Shown: piece by piece, positions 51,101 through 64,000 of the stretch | How positions within the stretch are numbered: position 1 is the stretch's first letter | Layout: each line of letters opens with the position of its first letter | From: Tricharina praecox | Taxonomy: Eukaryota | Assembly (NCBI RefSeq): GCF_024521635.1 | Contig: NW_026250420.1 | Location: 248,001 to 312,000 of the forward strand | DNA: 64,000 bases | Direction: 5' to 3' | Position numbers and translations under genes: made by a program | Notes under the pieces: generated by a model | Databases searched by the model: none | The model's input: only the letters and a program-made list of their open reading frames with translations | Told to the model about the DNA's origin: nothing

Positions 51101-54100
51101 CCCTCGCCAACGCAGAAACGGTGTGGTTCATCATGATCTTGGTGACATCCAGTCGTTCGAACCCGGCACTTTGAAATTTTCTGGACAAAGTTATCGCAGA
51201 GATCGAATCCAGCCCCAGAGTGAATATTGAGGTATGCCGGCCGACGGTGTTGATCTCCGCATGGGAGACCTGGGCAATGATGTCCGCAATAGCGCGTTCA
51301 GCTTCGGTCCAATCACCCGTGGCATCACCGCCACTGGCCGAAAACGTATCCAGCAGCGCCCCATCCAGCTCCATAAACGTTCGCTCAAGAAGCTTCTTGT
51401 CCGTCTTCCCCTGAACCGTCATAGGGATTGTCGACACCGATACAATGGCGGTAGGAACCATGTACGCGGGCACAAACGCCACGAGGCGCTGAAAGAGCGT
51501 CGTGATGGTACCTTTAACCTTGTCGCCGCCCACAACCTCAAACTCAGTCCTCTTGTGTTCATCCGGCACAACAAACGCCACCAGCATTGGCCCGCCATCC
51601 TTCGCGACCACTAATGTGACCGCATCACTTATCGCATCCGTATCCCTAAGGAGCACCGAATTGATCTCCCCCAACTCGATCCTATTCCCGCGAATCTTGA
51701 CTTGATCATCCTTTCTAGCCACAAACACGATCTCGTCGCTTGATAGCAACCTTCCCATATCGCCGCTGCGATAAACCCTCCCAAACTCCGGATGGGTGAC
51801 GAACTTCGCCACGGTGAGCTCCTCCATCTTGAGGTATCCACGACACACCTGTTCACCGCCGAATGCGAGTTCTCCCACTGCCCCGCGGGGAAGCAACAGA
51901 AGATCTTCCTGGTCCGCGGCAACGACGAAGGTGGAAGTGTTAACGAACGGAGGGCCAATGTTGGAGATGTCGTGGGTCCTCTGAACCCGCGGGTTGGCAG
52001 TGCAGACGTTCGTTGTTTCGCTTGGTCCGTAACCCTGGTACAGGCCGCGGCCGGCCCACTCGTAGAACACCTTTTTCGTCACCGCCTCGCCCGATGTAAC
52101 CAAAAACTCGACACTCGGGACATTATCTGGCTTCAGGAGTGCGGCAACGGTGGGTGTCATGGAGAGGTGGGTCACTTGCATAGCGTTCACGGCGGTCTCC
52201 ATGTCACGCAACAACACGTCCTTGGTCGCGGAGCAAAGCACCATTCCCCTGTGCCATGCGAAGAATATCTCGAAGACGGAAACATCGAAGGCGATATTGC
52301 AGAATTGGAGCATGCGCTTACCGACTGCTGTGGGGTAAATTTCCGCGAGCACGTCGAGGTTGCTGACCGCTTGCTCGTGTTCCACAAGCACTCCCTTGGG
52401 TACTCCAGTGCTGCCGGAGGTAAAGACTGCGTACGCTAGGGTCTTCGAGGATGTCTCGATCCCTAAGTTCTCGGAACTGTGGGCTGATAGGTTCAAGGTA
52501 TCGATATCAACCATATTTAATCCTTCCATCGGCCCAAGCCTCTCGATAACATCCCTGGTCGCCAGAAGGATCTTCGTCTCTGCATTTTTTAAAATCTGCC
52601 TGACGCGCTCCACTGGCGTCTCTGGCGTCAATGGAAGGTACCCAGCCCCAGCTTTCACCGTTGCCAGGATCGAAAAATAGCAGTTGATAGATTTCTCCAT
52701 ACAGATCGCTACAAGTTCATCCGGCAGGGTCCCCCGAAGAACCAATTCTCGCGCAAGTTTATTTGCAGCCGAGTTGAGTTCAGAGTAGGTCAACGTCTTT
52801 GTTGTTGCCCGGCCGTCAAGAATATCGGATACCATCTCGAGTGCAAGAGCTGAGGAGTGGCGTGCGGTGGATTCTTCAAACATTGTGCTGAGTGTCCGCG
52901 TCGAGGGCTGCGGGGTTAAGGTTGGGTAAGGATTGGCGATGGAGAGAACTCGGCCATTGAGCGGTAGGTCTGCGATAAGAGCCTTCACTGATCGGTCTGG
53001 GTGCGTAACCATGCCGCGGATGAAGCAGTCCATTTGCTGTAGCAATAATGAAACCTGCTCAGCCGGGAAGATCTCGTCCTTGTATGTAGCCCGAAGCAGG
53101 ATATTATTATCGGTAGGCTCAACTTCAATCAACAACGAAAACTGTATCATTACCGGTCAGCAATCATTCCTGGACCTAAGAAAGACCACCAAGCCTACCT
53201 CGAGTTTATCCTTACTCTCAACCATCCTCAATCCGCCCCCCTGCCGCTCTGTTGCATTTTGCTGCCAGGCGATCAAAGAATCAAACCATCCATCAGATCC
53301 ACACACCTTCCTCACCTCCCTGAGGCCCAGTTCCGGATGCTCCATGACACCCACATTGAACTCCTGGACCTCCCGCAGTAGTGTTCGCACATCCTTCCGG
53401 AGCGTAGTATTAACTCTAATAGGAAGTGTAAGTATCGTCGGCCCGATGATGTCCTCAATCCCGTCGACGGGGATGGTCCTGCCCGAGGTCACGGTACCAA
53501 AAACGACGTCTTCATTGCCGACGTAAGAGCTCAGGATACATGCCCAGGCGCTTTGGACAAAGGCTTGTGCCGAGACACCAGTGCTTCTAGCCGAGTGTTC
53601 AAGTTGTGAGAGAGAGACAGTAGAATTCAACCCTTGAACTGAGACGCCGGGTTGGACAGAAGAGTGGCCATGGAAGCTGGGCAATCTTGTCTCGCTAGCG
53701 CCATCGAGTTTGGACTTCCAGAACTGTTGAGCTAACCGAATAGATTCATCGGAGCGGGATAATTCCCAGTCGACGACATTTCGGTACTGCGGTCTAGGGC
53801 CCGGTGCTAGTTGCTGGCCCGCCAGAAGTCGCTGGAAATCAGACATGATGTGATCCCAAGACCACCCATCGTACAGCGCATGATGGATTCGGATGCCCAG
53901 CTTCTTATCTCCATTCGCGCCGATCATCAAGGCAGCCGAGAAGGGCGGCTCCAATAAGTCGCCGAGCGATACCTCCCAATTCAACTCCATGGCATCTGCC
54001 AATCCGAACTGACCCTTCCGCGCCGTTTTCCAAACCACCTGGGCAAATCCACCGTTAATGCCAACAAACCCCGTCCGCAGGATCTCATGCCGCTCGACTA

Positions 54101-56749
54101 TGGCCCTAAACGCCGCCTCGACGACAACCGCTGGCGTGGTAAACAGCAGCTCAAGGAGTATCCAGTTGCAGTATGCACTTGCATTCTTTGCTGTCTCCGC
54201 GATCATCGACTCCTGCAATGACGTGCACGGGATTATATCCTCGACGTCGTCCCGCAGAGAAATCGGTACCTCAATGAGACCGGCTTCGTGGACGGCGCCG
54301 TAACGCTCACTGCGGACGGAAGAGTCCGAGCCACTAAGAGGAACAGCTCTGGAGGCGATACCCGTAACTGTATCCAGTTTCACAATGTCCACTACTTCTA
54401 CCCCGAGCCCGGAAGCCCGAAGACGCGAGGCGAGACGGATTGCTTGCATTGAGTCGAGGCCTAGGGACACTAGACTATCTTCTCTTCGAGGACGTCGGCC
54501 CAGTAGCATCTCCACGGTGCGAGCAACGGCTTCCTCTGGCGCGCTCAAGGACTCCTCCCCTTCATCATTCAAATTTTTAGAGCTTCGCTCAGAGTACTCT
54601 TTGTCCAATCGTTTCCGGTCGACCTTTCCACTCGGCAGCCTCGGCAAGTGCTCGTAGATGACCACATCGGAAGGAATCATGAATCCCGGCAGCCACTGAC
54701 GGCAGACCTGCTTGACCGCCATTTTATCCGCGCCTTCACCTGGCGCAGAAACATACACCACCAAACTTCCATCAACAACCGATGCAATAGCCATTTGTAT
54801 GTCTGGCGACTTCAGAATCACCTCCTCGACCTCGCCCAGCTCCACCCGTTGGCCACGAAGCTTCACCTGACCCTCCGAGATCCGGCCCAAACATTCGATC
54901 CTGCCGGACGGCAGGATTCTAGCGCGATCGCCAGTCCGGTACAACCTGCCCCACCTGGAGCAATTCACAAACGCCGCACTCGTGAGATCCGGGCGGTTAA
55001 GGTAACCATCCGCGAGCTGCCACCCCCCAACCGCCAGCTCGCCCATCCATCCCAGCGGCAAGACCTCGACGTCCTCAGTCTCAGCGGCCAAGACAAACGC
55101 CGACACCGTATCCAACGGCACACCGATATCACCGATCTTCGACGTAGTGGCAAAATCGGTGGCAACGGTGCAGTGGATTGCGGCTTCGGTAGGCCCGTAC
55201 ATTCCGTGCAGCACTCCGCCGCCGAATGAGGATATCACCGGGCGTGTGAGCATCTCGCCGATGGTCAGGAGGACTTTCAGCCCCGGAACGGCGGCGCGGT
55301 TGATCAGGAGGCCGCCGGCAACGGTGGGCGTGAGCTCGGCTGCGTCGACGGCGAGGGAGTTTATGGCTGCCGGGAGATCGGCGAGTAGGCGGGCACGATC
55401 GCAGCCGATAAGAGTGCAGCCGCGGAACAATGGAAAGAAGGTATCGAATACTGAGACATCGAAGGTTGGGGCTGCGAACTGGAGGAAGCGCTGGAAGGGT
55501 GGGATATGGCGATCGTGCGCGAGAAGGCTTTGGGAAGCGGCGGCGTGTGATATCGTGACGCCTTTGGGTTTGCCAGTCGAGCCGGAAGTGTACATGATAT
55601 ATGCCGCGTCTGTGGGAGATACCGTCGCCGGTGAGAAAACCGGGACATTTTCGTTGGAAGATTCCAGCGAGCCATCGTCCGTGATGATCAACTCAGGCAT
55701 CCCCGGCCCGTCAAACATCCCGCCCAAGTCCGCGGTCGTAATAATGGCACCCGCTCCAACGTCGCCGACCACGAATCGTATTCTCTCTTCCGGCGCATCC
55801 AGATGCAGCGGCACGAATGCTGCACCAGCTTTCAATATCGCGAGGAGCGCTACATAGAGCTCTGGTGATTGTGGCAGTAATACCGGCACTGTCTTTCGCC
55901 CGGTTGATCTCTCGAGGACATCAGCTATCCTTCGTGCGAGCCCATCCGATAGAGAATGAAGCCGCTCATACGACAACTTCGTCTTCGTCCCATCCGCGTT
56001 AAGAAACTCGATCGCGTTGCCCCCATCTAGTCCACAATGCTCGTGCTGTATCAAGTCATGCAACAAGCTGGGACCGTCGAGTTGGACGGGATGGGTGTTT
56101 AGGGCCGACAACGGCGGACAGTCGTCTGGAGAAACCCCACAGTTCACATACGGAACTTGGATGGGCTCCGTAGGAAATGGCGGTACTCGCTGATTAGGTC
56201 CCGTTGGGACGCAGGTTACTATGTGATAGAATTGGCTCACGATGTTCCGGAGGTGTTTCTGAGGGACCGCGTCCTCGCTTGCGGCTAGATACGCTTTTTT
56301 GCCTTCAATATCCACCTGTAGGAACAGTTGAATGGGTCTCGGCGGTGTCTTCAAGCGCAACACGGCTATCAGTAAAGCTATCGCTTCGTGCAAACGACTC
56401 AACATAGCAATCGTACCTTATCCGAGGTGAAACATATCTCCGTCATTTTTTCTCCTCTGCTTTCGGCATGCTCTCCGTTGGCGTACTCTTCCACTCTATC
56501 TTTGTCGAAGTCTACGCCCACCACACCGCCATCGTCGAGCCCGAACACGACATTATCTGATCGTGTGTATCCACGCAGTAAGATCGCCCACGCCAGTATC
56601 ACGGTCTCCCTTGTTACGACGACGGATGCCGGCAGCTCAAAGCTGCACTCCGAGAGACCGGTCAGATGTGTGCGATCCACGATATGGTGAAGGTTGGGAA
56701 ATGCTGTGTAGCGCCACAACGTTGAATCGAGGTAGCTGGAGTCCGCCAT
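39162..56749 (-). CDS. sidC: Ferrichrome-type siderophore NRPS (NPS2/SidC family, probably ferricrocin), about 5,730 aa; (A-T-C)x4-T-C-T-C; exons 56749-56417, 56348-53199, 53141-49822, 49770-47871, 47815-45456, 45391-43246, 43193-39360, ~39299-39162
   Basis: Four A3 motifs (YTSGSTGKPKG, FTSGSTGVPKG, YTSGSTGLPKA, YTSGTTGLPKG), six GLDS carrier motifs and six (H/F/S)H(A/S)LYD condensation motifs. Exons total 17,181 nt in frame. Divergent from sidA. Confidence 0.95.
56553..56561 (-). promoter_or_regulatory. ATCAGATAA SreA-type site inside NRPS exon 1
   Basis: Plus strand reads TTATCTGAT. Confidence 0.3.
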
Positions 56750-57680
56750 GGTGATTGTGTATGGGATAATCGATATCTTTTTGAACAGATGCTCCGAGCG
56801 GATCAGCTCTGGGGATATGTGAATCGCCGGTCGTTCCGAGAAGTTTGCTGTGCCGGTTAAGCAGAGTGAATGCGGACCTTTCCAGTGTCGAGGTATGTAT
56901 GCAAACAGTGGGTGGAGGAAAACCTAATACGGAGTCGAAATACAGCAGAGCTTTGAATGGCGATGTCTGTTGCAGTCAAGTACTAGTACACACACACTCA
57001 GATGCAGCCCTTTCAAAACTTTGCAAACGGGTGAGAACGTAGAAAGAAGTAGGGTCGCCGTCAAACTACGAAGTTTTCGCCAAGGTACATTGTAGCACCT
57101 GTGCTGCTGATCTCTTGATGTGGAGAAGGAGGGAGAGAGAGAGCGTGGGAAATGCAAATGCGTATGGCTGCTTCTTTAAGGTGAGTCTCGTCTCGTCTCG
57201 ATGTGATTCTGCATGCTATTACGCGAGCGCCAGATCGAATAGGTAACGGCGCTGTAGGGTTTAGTAGCGGAGAGACCCCCACCACTAGACCGCCGCAAAG
57301 GGAAGGAAAGCCCCTCCTTTTTGCGACGTTCTGGACTGTGGAGTCGGAGGTGGTGATCCTTGTTGTGTGCTGCTGCATCCATCCCCGCCATGTGCAGACA
57401 AAAGATTCTCCAGGGACGCGTACATAGACACGGGCATCGAGAGTTGCGGTGAAGTCATGACGTCCGTCCGTCCGTCCGTCCGTTCGATTGATTTCTGACG
57501 GGGAGGAGAGGGATTGCGGAATTGGATTACATAGAACCGAAACCCGGTCCAGTGTGATGTATCGTACATAGAAGGGCGAGCGGAATTTCTTGCCGATGCG
57601 CGCATGAGAGATGAGGTTGTCGATGCCAGGGGCACGCCAGTGCCGATGCCATGCATGATTGATCCGATTAGACAAGGCGC

Positions 57681-57689
57681 ATCTGATAA
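57681..57689 (+). promoter_or_regulatory. SreA-type iron-repression site ATCTGATAA in the sidC-sidA divergent promoter
   Basis: Exact ATCWGATAA match with a near variant ATCCGATTA at 57662-70, located between two siderophore genes. Confidence 0.7.
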
Positions 57690-60019
57690 GCACGCCAGTT
57701 TACGTTATGCAACTGCCAACACTTCCCTGATTGAGGATATGCGGACGGCAATGACCGTAATCACGTGTTGTCACGCAATGTGATTGAAAAGCAATAGTCA
57801 CGACGGCAATATTTCTGCCGAGCGTGGCTGGTGGCAGTAGCTGCTGCCGGTGGCGGTGATCAGATGGCGGCGGCGGTGCGGCTGATGGCGTGGCTAAGTG
57901 TCCGCCCTGTCCGGCGACAGGCCGTTCATTCTCTAAGCTACCGGTACTTCGTTTCCTCCAGTCTCCACCACTTTTGGAAAATGATATGGAATGAGATCGA
58001 ATGGAAGCTGAGAAGCGGGAGACTCCGGTTCTGTTGTTAGAGCACGGATTACATGGGGGAAACACTCGCAATCCATCCCGCTATAATACAAAGCCATATT
58101 GTTATCGTCCTGACGTTCTACCAGAGTGGTAGGTAGATGCCCAGTTCAACCTTATTCCTGTAGGCGGTGTGCCGTACAATGTCATGACGGCCAACTTCCA
58201 AGCCTCTGCAACTTTGCGCGATACCTTAGTTACCGTCAGGCCTCAAGCGTTACGGTGAATGGGCATTCCTAGGTGAGTCTGAGAAGGCATCTTGTTGTCT
58301 CGCACTCGCCGTGTCGTGCCTTGGCAGTTCGTTGAGCTATTCGTGCTTAGATAATCCGAGGTGAGTAGTAATACCACGTGACCAGCGAAGTGATCCGGTG
58401 CGAGACACCACATTTTCGAATTTCTTGTTTTCTACTGTAATTCGATCCGATTTTCGTCTGGAGAGGAAGGAACGGATTCTCTTCTTCCAATCCGTTATCA
58501 GTTTAACTACCGGTATGCATACAGATACCTACCGAAACTGCGAGACCGCCGCCACAGCCTCAGACAGCTCGCACCTCCTCCGTGATCACCTCGAAACCAA
58601 ACATCCCGCCGTCAGCGCGCATCGCTCAACCCCACCTTCTTCTCAAGGCCCTGAACCTAAGCTTTCGCGAAGAAAACAGCCCCCCGTGGGATCTGATCTT
58701 CATCCGATCTCCCCGTGTTCTGTCGCAAAGGAAAAAAACCCCGTCAGGCCAATCATAGAGCTCCCATTACACATCCTCGTGCCTGGAGCTCAGGGCTTAG
58801 TGCTGTATATTTCTTTTTGCCGCGTGCGGGCGTCAACCCGCGGTAACTGACCGCATGTCGTGCATCTGCTCAACCCCATCTCCTCGTATCGATAGTTTCG
58901 TAGAGCTGTGGCAATTGACAATTAGTTATCCCGAACTACGTAAATGGACGAGGACGATACGGAGCAGTGTTTGGCAATCGCTGTGATGTGATTGAAGGAT
59001 TCGAGGGAGTTGTGGATGGCCAGTCGTTGTTCGAGGTATGTAAACATGCAGGGACATCCGGGCTCGATCGACGCTTGCGGCTGGCTCATGTAAGGCGAAG
59101 TGATGACGACCGTGATTATGCACAAGCTGGCGGTTTGCTTGTGATTACGGCATTTGCGGTGACAACGGCGAGGAACGTATTCGACAGAGCATTCGAGTAT
59201 CGGAGTATGTACCTATGATACCGAGTGCTGCCGACATCACAAAGCTTCGAAGCCGACACGTACATACGTGGCGACGCCCGCGCCCGCGCCCGCAAGCAAA
59301 CGAGCAGGCAAACGCTCTGCTTTGCTTCTGGTATAAGATACCTGCCTTTCGTCCTATATCCACGGTCCCTGACGATAGCCTTAACCACTGAACCAGGTCC
59401 TTGCTTCCCGCCGACAGAAATAGACACCAAGGCGGACTCTAGGCACAGGGAAATGGAGCCCGCCTATGCCCCCCGGGGTCCCGGACCTCGATCTGCAGAT
59501 GCGGAAGTGTCCAACGTCGTGTGATGTATGACAACAACAACCGCAACGAAGAAGGCAAGCCCAAATGCATCTTCACTCCTCAGCACCCCCCCAACCTCCT
59601 CCCAACCTCCAACTCTACCATGTAGGTTCCCGAAGCCCCATCCCCCCCCCAAACACGGAAGACAATTACATTTCGCTAACGCCCATCCAGACATGTGCGT
59701 ACTGGATGCGTCACTGCTCCTCCTCCGCCTTTGGGTTCAACCACCTTAGAATTTTCGATTCTTGCTTTGCTTGGAAATGGCCGGCCTTTGATTGGTCTCC
59801 CAGCAAGGTTCGCATCGTGGGCACGGACGTGACATGAGGGGTGCTTTATCTTGCTTGTGATGTGGGGTTTCCAGAAGGCCGTCTCTTGAACAGAGGCAGA
59901 GCGGAATTCCCTTATTAATAGCGAGTACATACGAGCGAGGAGGACGTATTTTATTTTTCTTCTTTTCCTCCGCCAGAGCAGAAGAAAGCGAAGTACCTCA
60001 TCTCACAATTCCCGCGAAC

Positions 60020-61541
60020 ATGACGGTTCCAAATATCGCACATCATGGCGGCAGCGGTCGAGCTGCTCACGAAGCCCCGAATGGAGGAGTGTCGAACGGC
60101 GACGGCGAAGACGTGTACGACCTGATATGCGTCGGCTTCGGCCCGGCCTCACTAGCGATAGCGGTGGCCCTGTATGATCGGGAGCTGCCCGTACGGGTCC
60201 TCTTCCTCGAGCGGCAGCCGTTGTTCGCATGGCACAGCGGAATGCTCCTCCCGGGCACGCGGATGCAGATCTCGTTCATGAAGGACCTCGCCACTCTGCG
60301 GAATCCCCGGTCGGAGTTTACATTCCTCAACTACCTCCACCGCAAGAAGCGCCTGGTGAGCTTTACCAACCTGGGCACCTTCCTCCCGCTACGCGAGGAG
60401 TACAACGACTACATGTCCTGGGCGGCCAGCCACTTCACCGACTGCGTCCGCTACAGCACCGACGTGCTCTCTGTCTCCGCGGTCGCCTCCCCCGGGCCCG
60501 TGCGGTCCTGGTCTATCCTGACCACGCACCTCACCACCGGCCTTCCGCACACCTTCCGCACACGCAACGTTGTACTCGCCGTCGGCGGCCGCCCCAAATA
60601 CCCCAGCACCATCGCGCCCTCCCTCCCGCACCCGCGCCTCCTGCACTCATCGCACTACTCCACCACGATCCGCACGCTCCTCCCGTCGCCAGACGGGCAG
60701 TACCGCGTCGCCGTCGTTGGCGGGGGCCAATCCGCGGCCGAGATCTTCCACGACCTGCAGACGCGGTACCCCAGCGCGCGGACATCCCTCTTCATCCGGG
60801 CGCACGCTTTGAAGCCCAGCGACGACTCCCCCTTCGTCAACGAGATATTCGACCCGGAGCGGGTAGACACGGTATTCTCGCTGGCGCCGGAGGCGCGCAA
60901 GAAGGCGCTCGCAGAGGATAAGGCGACGAACTACTCTGTCGTTCGCCCTGCCCTGCTCGACGAGATGTATTCCCACCAGTACGCGCAGCGCCTGCGCGAG
61001 AGCGACGAGCGGATGTGGGCGCATCGCATACATCCGCTAAGGGAGGTCGTGGGGGTCGAGAACGTGTCGGACGCGGACGGGGATGGGGAGGGGGAGGGGG
61101 TCGTACTAAAGCTTAGGAATACGCGCACCGGAGAGTGCAGTAACTCCGAGGACGCATACGATGCCGTCATCTTTGGGACGGGGTATGAGAGGGAGACGCA
61201 TCTGACTATGCTGAAGCCTGTGAAGGCCATCATGAAAGATGGGCAGTGCAGTGTGGACCGTCAATACCGCGTGGTGTTTAGGGAGGGCGCTGTGGCAAAG
61301 GACGCATGCGTGTTCCTGCAGGGGTGCTGCGAGGAGAGTCATGGTGTAAGTTCAACCCCCCCCCGGAACGGCGAGGTGAGGCAGGGTGAGGTTACGTGAG
61401 GGCTGACAATCCGCGGCGCAGTTGAGCGATAGTCTCCTCTCGATTCTGGCGGTCAGAGCTGGCGAGCTGGTTGATTGTGTTTTTGGGGCGGAGGGAGAGC
61501 CAACGAATGGTACCCAGAGACAGGCGAAGCGGAGGAGGTGA
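60020..61541 (+). CDS. sidA: L-ornithine N5-monooxygenase; intron 61346-61421
   Basis: DLICVGFGPASLAIA, FAWHSGMLL, MQISFMKDLATLRNPRSEFTFLNYL, VVGGGQSAAE, PSDDSPFVNEIF, ATNYSVV, LQG..ESHG|LSDSLLSILAVRAGE. Confidence 0.97.
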
Positions 61542-62276
61542 TGGGCCGGCCAGCCAGGAAGATGCGGGACGTGATGGGAAAGTTATATTGTATTCCGAGA
61601 GTAGAGGTATTGGGTTGTCGCTGGAGTTTTGTGCTTTGGTTTATTTTATGAGAGAAATGTAATGATGCGTGGTTACTGCCGGGACATGATCGCCCATGAT
61701 GCACATGATGCGAGACACTAGTAGTCATGACTATCACTCGCAGTAGTGTCCGAGACCATCGATTTTAAGCCGCGCAGCCATTTTTTCGGCCGGTCCCAAC
61801 ATGTACATACCCAAACTATCTACGGAGCCTTCATCACTGGCGGGCCTGCTATGTAATGAATGCTTACTCACGCAACCACACGCAAGATGTTCTAGCCACA
61901 CATTCACTACATCAGAATAAACCAAGGACCGGACCCGATCCGGGGCGACCGTCTTTGAGAAGGCCATTACAGCCCAACGGGCTGTAGCAAAGCGCTGAAG
62001 CAACCAAACTCCCACCTCGAGTGATGATGAGGAGAAGAGACATCGTTCTTCGACCTACGAGCAGTCTTTGTCAGCCCGCAGCCCTGCACTAACCGGTAAA
62101 AGCGAAGCCTGCAAACTCCGATCAAACGTTCGCGGCGGTCTCGCGTCGGTCACCACTAGCAATCCGGACGTCGGCCGATGGTTCTGCTAGGCATCGAGGA
62201 AACCGCGAATATGTGTAGGAAGAGCATCGATCGTCATTAGCCGACAAACATACCTCCGAATCCCCCTACCATCCCA

Positions 62277-62778
62277 TCACTCATCCCACAGTCCCTCCTG
62301 CGCCTGTTTACTCACAACGCCCATCAAGAACTCCCCCGTACCCCTCGTCCGAAACCCCACGCTCCTCCCATCCCTCGAGCCAACATACCCGCCCACGGCG
62401 GCCTGGAACTTCTTCGCGTTCTCCCGCGGAACTCGCAGCCACGCTTCGTCGCCCGAGAGGTGCAGTATGTCGATTTGTATCGCGGACCCGGTGATGCCCA
62501 GGAACTGTGTTAGCGCGCTGGTGAGGGTTGTGCGCCAGGTCAGGATGTCAGTGGAGGAGGAGGAGGTGGTGGTGTTGGAAGGGTCGGAAAGGCTGTGAAG
62601 TGTTAGTCGGGTGCGAACCCGGGCGGGGAAAGCGGAGAGGGCAGGCGGACATTTGCAGGTTGAGGTAGGTCCAGTCGTGCTCGCGGATGGTCACTTCTTC
62701 GGGTGGTGGGGGCTTCCGACGCTTCGCGGGCTGTTCGGCCGGAGGAGGGGCGTCGTGCATAGGCGCGTCTACGGACAT
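62277..62778 (-). CDS. POP8: RNase P/MRP subunit Pop8; one intron (~62650-62594)
   Basis: Spliced WTYLNLQI..DILTWRTTLTSALTQFLGITGSAIQIDILHLSGDEAWLRVPRENAKKFQAAV, typical of Pezizomycotina Pop8. Confidence 0.8.
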
Positions 62779-63449
62779 CGCGGCGGGTTCGGACGTGCGG
62801 GAAGCGGGCGGACGGGCGGGCTGGTGGTGGATTGAGGATAATGGCTCAACGAGCGCGGCTCCGACACTTTGCTTGAACTTTGGCGTCCCTACGACAGTCT
62901 TGAGATGCAGCATCACGTGCGAGGCTTGGCCGATGCGGCTGAAAATATGCGACAACTCTGCCCAACGAGTTGGAATTGCGGCTGGCAGGAAATAGCCAGC
63001 AAGAGGAGCACTCGAGATGATGTCAAATATCGAGACGCAGCCATATACGGAAGGTGAAGACACAAATTCGGTGCAGGTGGGCCAGATAGGGTCGATCGAT
63101 AGAAATGATAGAACACCACCTTTTTTTCGCCGCCCGGATGCCTGACAGGCTTGCACGCACTGGCGCTGGCGGGGAAATCTCAGAGCCCCTCCGCGAGCAA
63201 CAACGCCAAATTTTCCCACACTTTTTTTTCTTCCTTAAAACGTCTCAACTCCCGCCTTTCGAACATCACTTCCCTCCAACCCCGAACCAAAGCTTCCTCG
63301 TCTCCTCTCCATTCACTTCTCTGTTTCTCCCGAGTCGTGCGTTCTGTGCTCCATCTTTTGCAGGACAATTGTTCAGCACATCGACTACACTCTCTTCCTA
63401 CCTAATCCTCTAATCCTCTCCCCCCCACCCCCACCACCACCACATCACG

Positions 63450-63967
<518 letters not shown>

Positions 63968-64000
63968 ACCGCCCATTTCCGCGTTACACCGTCCAACCAC

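Noticed and set aside
39162..56749. Several separate NRPS genes, as the ORF track suggests
   Set aside because: The ORFs join through short GT-AG introns into one continuous frame.
56750..60019. Enrichment of plain GATAA sites in the siderophore promoter
   Set aside because: About 7 seen against about 6 expected by chance; only the extended motif is informative.

Overview
Eukaryotic, intron-rich DNA from a filamentous ascomycete (GT-AG introns with CTRAC branch points; Pezizomycetes-like by inference only). I reconstructed ten protein genes by manual splicing: mitochondrial N-acetylglutamate synthase (ARG2/arg-14), an LlmF-like LaeA-family methyltransferase flanked by about 12 kb and 6.5 kb of gene-poor DNA, KRR1, 3-ketoacyl-CoA reductase (IFA38), Nup170/157, a second LaeA-like methyltransferase, a divergent siderophore pair (a ~5,730-aa NPS2/SidC-type ferrichrome NRPS and SidA), POP8, and the 5' part of HMT1. 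The ORF track misses several features: two intronic box C/D snoRNAs (an snR38 ortholog in HMT1, and a KRR1-hosted guide to 25S rRNA downstream of the peptidyl-transferase loop), a strongly base-paired 264-nt intron plus a stop-generating alternative acceptor in the llmF-like gene, a vestigial adenylation subdomain and a frame-critical GAG acceptor in the NRPS, SreA-type ATCWGATAA sites at both the siderophore genes and ARG2, a MITE-like element, and an over-represented intergenic TACCGGTA palindrome. All identifications come from motif recognition and recalled family knowledge; no database search was run.
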